64,000 bases of DNA, taken from the NCBI GenBank assembly GCA_965198065.1, contig CBDAON010000004.1, positions 512,001-576,000 on the forward strand. The letters run 5' to 3'. The notes beneath the pieces are model-generated. The model was given only the letters and a program-made list of their open reading frames with translations. It ran no database searches and had not been told where the DNA came from. The position numbers were made by a program, and so were the translations under genes. Position 1 is the stretch's first letter, and every line of letters begins with the position of its first letter. Shown piece by piece: positions 22,290-32,545 of the stretch. This DNA is from Longimicrobiales bacterium (GTDB taxonomy: Bacteria; Gemmatimonadota; Gemmatimonadetes; Longimicrobiales; Gaopeijiaceae).

Positions 22290-22424
22290 ATGAAGGCGCA
22301 CCAGGCGGATGTGATCGAGCGGGGATGGTGGACGTTCCGGTGGGTCGGCGTGATCGCGGCCTACGTAGGCATCGTGAGCTTCTTCGTCTACACCTTCAGC
22401 GACGCGGTGAGGCAGATCACGTGA
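22290..22424 (+). CDS. Putative 44-aa single-TM small protein
   Basis: MKAHQADVIERGWWTFRWVGVIAAYVGIVSFFVYTFSDAVRQIT, preceded by a GGAGGG RBS. Below the ORF-track length cutoff. Confidence 0.45.
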   Translation: MKAHQADVIERGWWTFRWVGVIAAYVGIVSFFVYTFSDAVRQIT

Positions 22425-22730
22425 CTCATCGTCCCCGCCCCCGCTCCCTCTTCCGTCCAGCGGGCACCACCGGGCGGAGGGGGGGCTCAGGGGGGCGCGC
22501 CTGCCGGGTCGTGGTCGCTCACTCCCCCGCCCTCCTCAGCTTCTCCGCCAGCTCCTTCAGCTCGCCCCCGCGGCGCTCGAGCGCGTCCGCGGCGGAAACC
22601 TCTGTACGTGGCTGGGTACGCGGACCCCCGGATCACGTCCCTGTCGCCATCCCCGGACACGGATCGGGGCCGCCCCGCCGGCGCGGCAGGACGGCCCCTG
22701 TCCCATGTTCGACTTTTGTTAGGTCCAGAG

Positions 22731-22770
22731 TTGTAAGGCAGGCGCTCTGAACCAGCTGAGCTAAGCGCCC
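22731..22770 (-). tRNA. 5' half of tRNA-Val(TAC), ending at the anticodon loop
   Basis: GGGCGCT TA GCTC AGCTGGTTCA GAGC G CCTGC CT TAC AA, followed by non-tRNA sequence. Confidence 0.85.
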
Positions 22771-22803
22771 CAAGGGGTTTCGTGGCGCCGTTACGCCACT
22801 TCC

Positions 22804-23874
22804 CTACCGGCCGATTCCCAGCGGCTTGAACCTGACGTACTTGGTGATGCTTTCCCGGGGAAGATCGTTCACGTAGAGGTTGCCCTGGAAGTCGACGCCC
22901 AGAAACTCCCACCCCGCCCCCGAGGCCGGCTGGGTGGTCGGGATGAAGGCCGTTACCCAACCAGTCGCGGCGTCTCCGATCCGAATCCCCCTCTCCCACC
23001 CGAAGTTGTCCCGCCACCCCGGACGCTCGGCGCCCGACAACCCATCCACGACGTAGAGCACGTTGTCGCGATCGACGACGAGCCCGCTCGGCTTACCGAA
23101 CTGGGTCCAGATATAGAGCAGGTTGCCGTCCTGGTCGAAGACCTGGATGCGGCTGTTGCCCCGATCGGCCACCAAGATCCGCCCGTCCATGTCCATCGCG
23201 AGACCGTGCGGGTCGTCGAACATCCCGGCTTCCTTGCTCTCATCACCGACACAGCCTCCCCGCTGGAAGAGAAACCGCCCGTCGGGCGAGAACTTGACGA
23301 GACGGTTGTTGCCGCCGCGATGCCCGTCCGCGACCCAGATGCCGCCATTGGTGTCGACGACGACATCAGAGGGACCGTTGAAGTGCGTCTCATCGCACCC
23401 GAAGACGGCCGCCTCGCCCAAGCTCATCACGATCTGTCCCTGCTGGTTCAGCTTATGCACCTGATGTCCTAGCCCTCGAGCGTACCCCGGCTCGGCCCGG
23501 TTATCGCCGTCAGGCGCGCCTTCGGTGACCCACAAGAATCCGTCGCGATCCACGAAGAAGCCGTGGGTGAACCCGAAGAGGCCGGCTCCGAAGCTTTCCA
23601 CCAAGTTCCCCTCGAGGTCGAACTTCAGGATCGGATCCCGGTCGCTGTCGGCGCAGTTGTTCGCCCCGCAGCGGCCGAGCATCCACATGTGCTGGCCGTC
23701 CGGATCGGGGAAGGCGCCGGTCAGCGCCCCGAACTGCTGACCCATGGGTAGCTGGTCCCAAGCACGAGGCAGGGCGTGATACGGGTTGTAGGCTGCCTGC
23801 GCCTGCAGCTGTGCGGACAGAAGCAGGAGGGACGCGGCTAGGCCGAACACCAGTTTGAGGGAGCGGGACATCAC
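22804..23874 (-). CDS. Secreted NHL-repeat beta-propeller (PAL-like family)
   Basis: Signal peptide. FNGPSDVVVD..VADG, FDDPHGLAMD..VADRGNSRIQVFD repeats. Confidence 0.88.
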   Translation of the reverse strand: MMSRSLKLVFGLAASLLLLSAQLQAQAAYNPYHALPRAWDQLPMGQQFGALTGAFPDPDGQHMWMLGRCGANNCADSDRDPILKFDLEGNLVESFGAGLFGFTHGFFVDRDGFLWVTEGAPDGDNRAEPGYARGLGHQVHKLNQQGQIVMSLGEAAVFGCDETHFNGPSDVVVDTNGGIWVADGHRGGNNRLVKFSPDGRFLFQRGGCVGDESKEAGMFDDPHGLAMDMDGRILVADRGNSRIQVFDQDGNLLYIWTQFGKPSGLVVDRDNVLYVVDGLSGAERPGWRDNFGWERGIRIGDAATGWVTAFIPTTQPASGAGWEFLGVDFQGNLYVNDLPRESITKYVRFKPLGIGR

Positions 23875-24056
23875 AGCCTCCTTGCGATTGCCAATGGTTG
23901 CCTTCCCCTACTTGCACTCGATGAAGATGGCGCACGGGGGAGGGTCTTGCGCCTCCTCCTGATGGGCGGCCCGGGCGCGCGGAAGTTCACCTGTGCGGCC
24001 TGATGTTGATCTCCGCAATGGCCGTGGGCCCGGGTCGGAGCCCGACACGAGCTCGC

Positions 24057-24300
24057 TCACTTCGCCACCTCCACACGACGTGCCAACGTCATGGCCAGCC
24101 TCCTGATCCTTCCACCGAAGAGCGCAACGAGTATCACGGCCAGCGGCCAGCCGAGCACGAACCCTGTGCCCCACGCGACGAGCCAGGCGCGGGAGAATTC
24201 GAGGGCGATCAGCGTAAGGACGCCAGAGAGTACCAGCGACAGGAATCCCGAGAGCAGGATGCCGTAGTACCGTTCAACGTGTTCGTTCTTGAGCGGCCGT
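24057..24300 (-). CDS. Small DUF2798-like membrane protein (start uncertain)
   Basis: LLSGFLSLVLSGVLTL...WLVAWGTGFVLGWPLA...IRRLA. Confidence 0.5.
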
Positions 24301-24686
24301 GAACCTGCCCGGATCACGGCGTCGCCGGCGTTCCCCATTTCACCTCTGGCAAGTGGTGGGTCGAACGTACCTTCCGCCCAACACTCTGCCCACTCCTCAG
24401 GGGTGGAGGATTCGTTCACTCCGCCGTCTCCCTCAACTTCGTTGCCAATCATCTCTGCCTCCTCCACGGACAACGATCCTCAGAGTACGAGCAGAACATC
24501 TAGCAGTTGCCACGCGTTAAGCGCGATTTTAGCTCCCCGATGTCATCCCGTAACAGCATGATGCGATCAGGCTTCGCGACGACGCGGCGTGTGCTTGCTT
24601 TATGTTACAAAGTTCTTTATATTTGTCCAGCCGCAGCGTACCTGCGCTGGGTTGCGGAAACCGAGCCCTCAACCCCAGAGGAAGCG

Positions 24687-25279
24687 ATGACGACGGACCA
24701 AACCGCGTACCGAGCCGCAGTCCGCCCGTACCGCCTCGCCGCCGGCCTTGCGGTCGCCATAGCACTCCTCGTCATCGCCGCTGGCATCTCCGACCCTGAG
24801 GGGATGTCCCTCCTCTCCGAGGGAATGGTCCTTCTTATGGCTCCCACCATAGTCGTCGGTGCTATCATCGCGCACGTCGCAACGCAGACCCATAGTGCTT
24901 CGTACCGCTGGGGCGTCCGCGCTGCGCTCGCGACAACGTTCGTTCTCTTCCTGATCATTGGCGTTGGGGGCTTCCTCGGGAGTGACACGACCACCCCGCC
25001 GACCTTTTCTACATCGTGATCCCAACCGTTGGAATCACCGGTGCAATCCTCGCGCGTTTCCAGCCACGAGGAATGGCGCACGCGTTGCTCGCGACGGCGC
25101 TCGCCCAGATGGTCGTCCCTGTGATCACCGCCGCCTATTTTGGACGTCAGGGACCGCAGTATTCCCTGTGGATCTGGATCCTCAACAGATTCTTCGTCGC
25201 GTCGTTTGTCGGATCGGCGTTGTTGTTTCGTGATGCTGCGCGGAAGCAACTTCGTGCGGCCGCAGGGCTGGCGGGTTGA
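24687..25279 (+). pseudogene. Hypothetical membrane protein, frameshifted ~24995
   Basis: Two consecutive hydrophobic ORFs (24687-25019 and 25016-25279) read as one protein (ARFQPRGMAHALLATALAQ). Confidence 0.55.
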
Positions 25280-25514
25280 GCTGCGCACTGGCAATCGAAT
25301 CAGAGACCCCGGAGACGGCTAATCGGGTGAGTTCGGAGAGTGGACGACCCGGCCCCGGGAACCTTACCGCATTCCGGCCCCGATTTCGCGTGATCGTCGC
25401 CACTCTGCAGGAACGACGATCCCTCGGCGGGGCGCAGCGACTTCGCCGCCTCCTCTGTCCGTTACAGCGGACACTTCGAGCAGTCGACGTCGAGGCGACG
25501 TGTGCCGAATCCAC

Positions 25515-26946
25515 CTACGGTCCTTCGATCTGCGCGCGTACAGCGCTCACCTGCTCCGGAAGGACCACGGCACCGGAGTTGCCCCACTCGCTGTACACGT
25601 ATGTGAGAAGGTCGGCCACCTCTTGGTCAGAGAGGGCTACCCCTGGCATGGTGCTGTCGTACTCTGCTCCGTTCACGGTGATAGGTCCGGAAAGGCCGCT
25701 GATCACGATTCGGATCGGCTGCTCGGCATCCCCGTTCAGGAGGTCGGAGCTGGCCAGCGGCGGGAAAACTCCCGGGATTCCCGTCCCCGCGCTCTGGTGG
25801 CAGGCCACGCAACTCTGCGAATAGACCTGACGGCCGAACTCGATGCTCTCTGCGACCGTCCCTGAGCGCAGGGGCTCCACGCGAACGAACCCGAGGCTTT
25901 GGATCGCCCCCCCCTCTGGCTCGTACACACCCTCGGTAATGCGGCCAGAGTAGAGCGCCAAGTCTTCGGGTCCCTCGACGCGAAGCATCCCGAGAGCCCC
26001 TTGTTGAACGCCCGGGTCAGCGCATGGTCGACCAAGAGAAAGGACCCAGGAACCTGCGTCCCAAACTCGACGATCGCGGCGCCTCCGGCCGGAATGGCAG
26101 TGGTCTGCACGTTTCGGTTGACCATCGTGCCTCCTTCGTGCCAGACACGATCGAAGATCTCACCGATCACATGAAAGGACGAAATCAGATTTGGGCCCCC
26201 ATTTCCCACGAAGATCCGCACTGTCTCACCGACCTCAGCCGTTAGCGCACGCTCCTCCGTCAGTGCGTCCACGCTCCCGTTGAAGACCACATATGGAGGC
26301 TCCTCGTCGAGGGCATCGCCATGTCGAAGGGCTGCAGCCCGGAGGCACCGTGCTCCCCCGCCGTATAGACCTCCCCCTGCATCACGTAATATTCACGGTC
26401 CACCTGGGACAGCCCACCCTCGGGCTCGACGAGAATGAGCCCATACATGCCGTTCGCCACATGCATGCCCACGGGCGCGGTTGCGCAGTGGTAGACGTAT
26501 AGACCCGGATTGAGTGCTTTGAAGCTGAACGTGGCCGACTGGCCGGGCGCGACGAGAGATGAGACCGCGCCTCCCCCGGGTCCGGTCACTGCATGCAAGT
26601 CGATGTTGTGGGGGGTTCGGCTCGTCGGATGGTTGCTCAAGTGGAACTCCACCCGATCGCCCTCTCGAACCCGGATCAACGGGCCGGGAACGGAGCCGCC
26701 GAACGTCCAAAAAGTGTACTCGACCCCATCCGCAAGGCGCTCCGTCCGTTCGTTCGTCTCCAGGTTGACGACTACCGTGGTGGGGTAACCACGTGTGATC
26801 GGAGTCGGTACGGCCGGCGGCCCGAGAAGCACCGCCAGCTCCTCACCCTGGGGAACCGGAGGCCCACACGAGCTGAGCTGAAAGCCGATGAGGGCCAGGA
26901 CGGGCCACGAGAGGCGTGGCTGGGTCGAGGCTAAGGTCTTCAGCAT
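25515..26946 (-). pseudogene. nirK: Copper nitrite reductase with a C-terminal cytochrome c, in three frames
   Basis: [48 protein letters not shown]. Frameshifts ~26315 and ~25995. Lipoprotein-like LSSC. Confidence 0.9.
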
Positions 26947-27225
26947 TCTCCTCGGGACCGATGGGGGGGGCAAGCCTCTGGAGGACTGCGTGCGCGAGTT
27001 CATCGGCGAGCACCCTGGCTGCGGGATGCGTGAGGTCCGTGGCGGAGTCCACGGGCGAAATGACGATATCGACGCTGCAGAGAGGAAGCTACTGAGCGCG
27101 GTAGAGAACAGAGGGTCGGAGACTGCTTTCAAGCTGTACGTACGGGAGCCAGTAACCGTGCCCGAATGAGGAACCCTTGGGCGGGGTCGCGTGGCGTCGC
27201 GCAAATGGACTCGACGGCGGCCGAG

Positions 27226-28634
27226 TCAGTTCCTACCGAGGCCTGACCACCACCTTGCTAGCCGAAAGACACGGCTCTCAACGAGGTGGGACGTCAGGAC
27301 ATCGACGGCAGCGAGCTGAACGGCGCTCGCCCATGTCGGATATGCGTGAATGGTTCCCGCGAGGGCCTCGACGCCAAGCCGATGTTCCATGGCCAGCGCA
27401 ACCTCAGCGATCATTTCGCCGGCGCGCGTCGCAACGATCGTTGCCCCGACGATTCGACCATCCCGGCGCGTGATGAGCTTCATGAGCCCGGCTTCCTCCG
27501 CATCGCAGATCGCGCGATCTGCCTTCGTGAAGGGTACATGATGCACCGTGAGGGTGCTGCCCAGTCGCTCGCGTCCCTCAGCCTCCGTCCATCCAACGCG
27601 CGCGACTTCGGGATCGGTGAAGGTGACCGCGGGCAGCACGTCGGCTCGCGCCGCGGACTTGCCAGGAAGGAGAGCGTTTCGCACGGCTCGAAAGCACTGC
27701 CATCCGGCGAGGTGAGAGAACTGTGGTCCACCAAGGACATCCCCACATGCGAAGACGTGCTTAACGTTGGTTCGCAAGTAGCGGTCGACCGGTATCCCGC
27801 GATCGCCATATCGGACGCCTGCACGCTCGAGTTCCATCCCCTCAACACGCGGCACGCGTCCCGTGGCGACGAGTAGCTGGTCGCCGGCCACCGCCCCCTG
27901 TGTGGTCTGGACCTGGATGCCAGCGGCTGTCGTCTGGACGGCCAGGCCGCGAGCGAGACTCACTCGAACGCCTTCGCGCTCTAGGATTGAACCGACCAGT
28001 GTCTGCGTCTCGGGTTCCTCGCGCCCGATAACCTGAGGGCCGATCAGCGTGACGCGTGCTCCCAGGCGCCGATGAGCCTGAGCCATTTCGACTCCGAGCG
28101 GGCCAGCGCCGAGGACGACCAAATGAGACGGCAGCTCGTCGAGCTCGAACAACCGTTCGTAGGTGAGGTAAGGAACGTTCTCAAGGCCCGTGACCGGAGG
28201 AATCCGTGCGCTCGCGCCGGTGCATATGATGATCCGCTTCGCGACGATCCGCTGGTCACCGCTGACGATCGCGTGGGGGGCTTCAAAACGCGCGGGTCCA
28301 GAAATACGTCGATCCCTCGCCGCCGAAGCGCCTCAGGCGCTGTGTGCTCGTAGATGCCCGCGATCGCGTCTTGCACCCGGTTCCGTACGCGGCGCATGTC
28401 AGTGCGCGGCTATCCGACGTCGATCCCGAACAAGCCCGCGCGCCGTGAATCGTGCGCCACGCGCGAAGCCCGAATCAACGACTTACTGGGGACGCACCCC
28501 GTCCAAGTGCAATCGCCTCCGATGCGGTCGCGCTCGAGGAGAGCGACCTTGGCGCCAATCCGGGCCGCGAACTCAGCACCGATCAACCCTGCGGAACCAG
28601 CGCCGATAATGGCCAGGTCGAAGGAGAGGCTCAT
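27226..28634 (-). pseudogene. Pyridine nucleotide-disulfide oxidoreductase (LPD/MerA-like), frameshifted
   Basis: GAGSAG, GGDCTWTGCVPSK, GAGPLGVE, FACGD, FTDPE, HAYPT. Three frames. Confidence 0.88.
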
Positions 28635-30427
28635 ACGAGATGAGCCGGTCGCTGGGCGATGAACACCCCATAGCGGATGCTGCCGGCGTTCACGGCACGC
28701 TCAGCCTCACGCAACGCCTCCCGCGCCGACCGCAGGTCGAATCGCGGCATGGACGCGGCGGCTCCCGACGCGGAGGCGGTTACCCACCCGACAAGGTTCC
28801 GCTTGATACGGAGAAGTAGCTCGCTGAGGGCGTCGCTGGCATCCCAGCTCGTGACTTCGACGAATCCCGCGTCCGCGAGGGCGCGGGCGTAGGCCCGTGC
28901 CGAGAGCGCGCGCTGCAGGCACGTGCCTGAATGAACCCATTCGCGCAACGATTCTGGCACGTCGCCTTCGAGCACCATGTCGGTGATCGCTACGCGGCCG
29001 CCGGCTCGTAGGACACGCAGCATCTCGCGCAGCGCACCCGGTTGGTCCACGAATGTGCTGAGGGCACATTCGCACAGCACCGCGTCCACGCTGCCGGCAG
29101 CCAGTGGTATCGCGTGCGCGTCGCCGGTGCGGAGTTCTAGACGGCTATCGGCGTACGGCTTCGCTTGCGCGTCGAGACCGATACCGGAGACCGGATGATC
29201 GCCGAGGATGGCGCGCAGACTTGCACCTGTGCCGCACGCGACGTCGAGGACCGTCTGGCCTCGCACGAGGCCGAGTGCGGAGGCGACCTGACGCGTGAGC
29301 GCGATGCCTCCCGGATGGAGGGAGTGGCCCAATACCCTGAGCACGTCTTCGCGCTGATAGAACGCAACGCAGCATGAGGTCTCGCCGCGGGTGCTGCGGC
29401 GAGCGGCATACCGGTGTGTCGGAACCGGACGTGCGGGGCTGAAGCACTCGACGTCGTTCCACGTGACTCGTGCGGGCGCCGCCGCCGCGACCATGGCGTC
29501 GCCAAGAAGCGTCCGAAGCTCGGATGGCGGCAACGCGACGCGGGCGTTCACGAGCCAGCGAATGTGGTATCTATCCTCGGTCTGCGCGGCCGCCTCGACG
29601 ATCTGCCATGCGCCGCGGCGCACCAGCGCCCCTGACCCGCCGCCTGGAGTTGTGACCGCCATCTTCACATGGGCGACCGGCGCATCCGACAACCGCTCGA
29701 GGAAACGCCGCATGATGGCGCTTTGGTCCAGCGTCTTGTTGTGCTGAACGGACACGGCGCCATTGAACCACCCTAGCTGCGCTTCCGCAGCCGCGTACCG
29801 ATCGTAATCGATCGTCAGGGGAGCGGCTGAGTGCGTGGGTTGGCAGTGCAACCACTCGTCGATCCCCTTGCCGGTACGACCCGAGACGGGCACCACCGGA
29901 GCGTGCGGTTGCCAGGCGCGGACGCGATCGAGAACGTGCGGGGGCGCCATGTCCGCGCGGCTCACAAGCACGACATCCGCTTCCTCGATCTGTTTCTGAA
30001 AGAGATACGCGATTTCGTTCGAGACAGCTCCGGTGGCTACGTCGAGCACACGCCACGGATCCACGACGACGGCATATGGCGCAAACTCGTAACGAGTGGA
30101 GTGTCGGTCTGCGAGCGGAGCTAGCACCGTGGCCACGATGTCCGTACAACTACCAACCGCTTCGGCGATGGCCGTGGTGGCCCCGGAATCCACCGCCGCG
30201 GCCAGCGCACGCTCAAGCTCTGGATAGCGACAGCAGAAGCAGCCGCCGCGAATCTCCTGGAGGCTGGCACCCGCGTCGCGGCACAGCTGCGTGTCCACGA
30301 GCAGACTTCCCTGATCATTCGTCACGATCGCGACCCGCTCGCCTTGATCACGCAGCCGGCCGGCGAGAGAGCGCGCTAACGTCGTCTTGCCAGCGCCGAG
30401 AAACCCACCGAGCACGTGTACAATCAC
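28631..30427 (-). CDS. CobW/COG0523-like GTPase fused to a class I SAM methyltransferase
   Basis: GGFLGAGKTT, GGCFCC, EAVGSC, then SCCVAFY...HPGG, VLDVACGTG, CECALSTF. GTG start overlaps the upstream stop. Confidence 0.85.
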   Translation of the reverse strand: MIVHVLGGFLGAGKTTLARSLAGRLRDQGERVAIVTNDQGSLLVDTQLCRDAGASLQEIRGGCFCCRYPELERALAAAVDSGATTAIAEAVGSCTDIVATVLAPLADRHSTRYEFAPYAVVVDPWRVLDVATGAVSNEIAYLFQKQIEEADVVLVSRADMAPPHVLDRVRAWQPHAPVVPVSGRTGKGIDEWLHCQPTHSAAPLTIDYDRYAAAEAQLGWFNGAVSVQHNKTLDQSAIMRRFLERLSDAPVAHVKMAVTTPGGGSGALVRRGAWQIVEAAAQTEDRYHIRWLVNARVALPPSELRTLLGDAMVAAAAPARVTWNDVECFSPARPVPTHRYAARRSTRGETSCCVAFYQREDVLRVLGHSLHPGGIALTRQVASALGLVRGQTVLDVACGTGASLRAILGDHPVSGIGLDAQAKPYADSRLELRTGDAHAIPLAAGSVDAVLCECALSTFVDQPGALREMLRVLRAGGRVAITDMVLEGDVPESLREWVHSGTCLQRALSARAYARALADAGFVEVTSWDASDALSELLLRIKRNLVGWVTASASGAAASMPRFDLRSAREALREAERAVNAGSIRYGVFIAQRPAHLV

Positions 30428-31737
30428 ATGAGCCCCCGCGGCCTGCGAAGCACGTTGTACTCGCAAAGTGACACAGGCTGGCCGGCACGATCGATCACGT
30501 GCACGCAGCACCGGTCCACGCGATCCTGGTCATAGGTGTACGCGTCCATGAACGGCTTGATGGCTACGATGAAGAAGTCACGGTAGCTAGACCAATCCGC
30601 CGAGTCGTCGTTCTCGCCGAGCAGGTCGAGCACGACATCCAAAGCGTCGCTCTCGGCGACTGCCTCGAGCATCGTGGCAGGCAGCCGGTCTCTAACCTGG
30701 TCGACGAGCGGAGCGACAGCCGGGGATGCCCACTCCTGGAACCGAGGGAAATAGCGCGAGACAGGAATCGTGCGGTCTTCGCGCACAAGCGCAACGGCCA
30801 TCCCGAAGCAGTTGGGGCTGGAGCAGGGGATCGGACCGAAGTCATCGAGCGAGAATAGGCCGTCTGTCTGTGCAACGACCTCATGCACGATCTCGGCCAT
30901 GGTGAGGAGCGGAGCGTTGCGATCGTTCTCGTACCGGCCGGCATAGAACGCCGGCTGGAGCATGACGGTGTTCATGTGCGGATGGTGCTCACGAGCCATT
31001 CGGATAACCGCACCCACCTCAGAGAGGTTGATCCCGCGAGTGACGGTCATGACGGGCACGACGAAGATGCCTGCACCGAGTAGGTTCTCGATGGCCCGTT
31101 GCTTCACCGGAAAGAGATTCTTCGATCCTCGGATCTGTGCATGCGTGGACTCCGCAAAGCCATCGAACTGGAAGTAAATGTGCAAACGCTCGCTGCCGCC
31201 ATCGATCTCCGCGAGCCGCTGGACTAGGGTGCGATCGGAGGCGAACCGAACCCCATTAGAGTTCACGTAAACCTTACTCACGCCTTGCTCGAAGCAGTGG
31301 GCTACAATCTGCTCGAACTCCGGGTGCGTCGTGGGCTCACCTCCGGAGAGCTGAACGACGTCCGCGGTGTCCTTGCCGGCCGCGCGCAGGCGCCCGAGCT
31401 TCACCCTGAACTCGTCGAAGGGCATCGCCCAAGTGAGGTGCGGTGACGACGCCGTGAAGCACGTGGGACAGGTGAGGTTGCAGTGCTCGGTGATCTCGAA
31501 GATCAGGGTGCAGCTGTGGTTCGTACTTGGGCCGCAGCAACCGCCGGGTCCGCAGACCGGCCCGCGCGTCTCGTTCCAGTACAAAGCGGCATCGCTGGCG
31601 ATCAGGGCTTCGGTGGCGCCGTGCGCGGTACAGTTGCGCTGCAGGTACACGCGGGCGTCTCGTTCGACCACGGTGCCTGGCACCCGCTCCAGACATTCGG
31701 GGCAGACTGTGGTCGTTCCCTTGACCTGGCGTTCCAT
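30424..31737 (-). CDS. Radical SAM protein (MJ0619/TrsS-like subgroup)
   Basis: CNLTCPTC motif, SGGEPT, N-terminal CPEC...C..HG, C-terminal DRCCVH...LCEYN. Confidence 0.88.
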   Translation of the reverse strand: MERQVKGTTTVCPECLERVPGTVVERDARVYLQRNCTAHGATEALIASDAALYWNETRGPVCGPGGCCGPSTNHSCTLIFEITEHCNLTCPTCFTASSPHLTWAMPFDEFRVKLGRLRAAGKDTADVVQLSGGEPTTHPEFEQIVAHCFEQGVSKVYVNSNGVRFASDRTLVQRLAEIDGGSERLHIYFQFDGFAESTHAQIRGSKNLFPVKQRAIENLLGAGIFVVPVMTVTRGINLSEVGAVIRMAREHHPHMNTVMLQPAFYAGRYENDRNAPLLTMAEIVHEVVAQTDGLFSLDDFGPIPCSSPNCFGMAVALVREDRTIPVSRYFPRFQEWASPAVAPLVDQVRDRLPATMLEAVAESDALDVVLDLLGENDDSADWSSYRDFFIVAIKPFMDAYTYDQDRVDRCCVHVIDRAGQPVSLCEYNVLRRPRGLM

Positions 31738-31831
31738 GCGTTAGCAAGTCGCACTCGCGCCCGAAAGTTCCGTCGCCTGCGACTTAGCTGATATTGGTAG
31801 CGACGCCTGGGCCGGACGTAGGCCGCGCCCC

Positions 31832-31897
31832 CTCGGCTGGGGGGACGTGATCGAGCGGCCCGAAGAGGCGGTGGATGTTGAACCACCAGACCCATTC
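31832..31897 (-). mobile_element. Remnant of an IS3-family transposase C-terminus
   Basis: EWVWWFNIHRLFGPLDHVPPAE resembles the IS3 WFN..R.H..IG.IPPAE motif. Confidence 0.55.
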
Positions 31898-31938
31898 GCA
31901 CGAGACCCCTGCTGGGGCTTCGGCGATAACGTGAGCAG

Positions 31939-32196
31939 GTGATTTTGGGCACTCTTTTCTTGATTCTCGCCTTCGTCGTCCTCTTGGCCGGGCTCCTTGC
32001 GCGTCGCCGGGTTCGGCGTGCGGTGGAGGGCCGGTCACCCGTTGTATCCGATGACCTCCTCCGCTCGATTCTGGATCACGAGGCGTTGCACACTCCGAAC
32101 GATGGTGAGCCCCTGGACGAAGATGCGATTCGCCAGGCGGAGGATGAATTCTGGGAGGAAGATCAGTGGACAGATGCCGACGACTGGAGGGGTTGA
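31939..32196 (+). CDS. Small membrane protein with an acidic tail
   Basis: N-terminal TM segment and EPLDEDAIRQAEDEFWEE. Confidence 0.55.
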   Translation: MILGTLFLILAFVVLLAGLLARRRVRRAVEGRSPVVSDDLLRSILDHEALHTPNDGEPLDEDAIRQAEDEFWEEDQWTDADDWRG

Positions 32197-32254
32197 TTGC
32201 GGGGATCCCTCTCAGCACTCCCCGGGGAAATCAAGCCGCATTCTCGTCGCAAGC

Positions 32255-32466
32255 TTAGGCGTCCGTCCTCAACGCATCCATGGGGCGGATCCGGAGAGCC
32301 CGCAGAGTCGGTGCGGTGCATGCCATCAACTCCACGAGGGCCAGCGCGAGTACGCCCGGAAAGACGGCAGCGGCGACGTTCGAGGGAGTCGGTCCGACCT
32401 CAAGGACCCGGAGGGAGAGCCACACTGCTAGGGGCGCTCCCACGACCATCCCTGCGGCCAGTTTGT
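32255..32466 (-). pseudogene. C-terminal remnant of an FtsX/MacB-type ABC permease
   Basis: LMACTAPTLRALRIRPMDALR terminal motif. Confidence 0.55.
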
Positions 32467-32545
32467 AGCGAGGCAATGGCACACACCGGAGTCTGGTTCG
32501 CTAGCGGGCCGCGATGAAGGGCAAGCGGCGCCGATGACGGAGGGG

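Noticed and set aside
26888..27169. Plus-strand ORF resembling a mobile-element protein tail
   Set aside because: No diagnostic motif, and it overlaps the nirK 5' region, so it cannot be supported.
27226..28634. merA
   Set aside because: No C-terminal Cys-Cys pair and no mer genes nearby.
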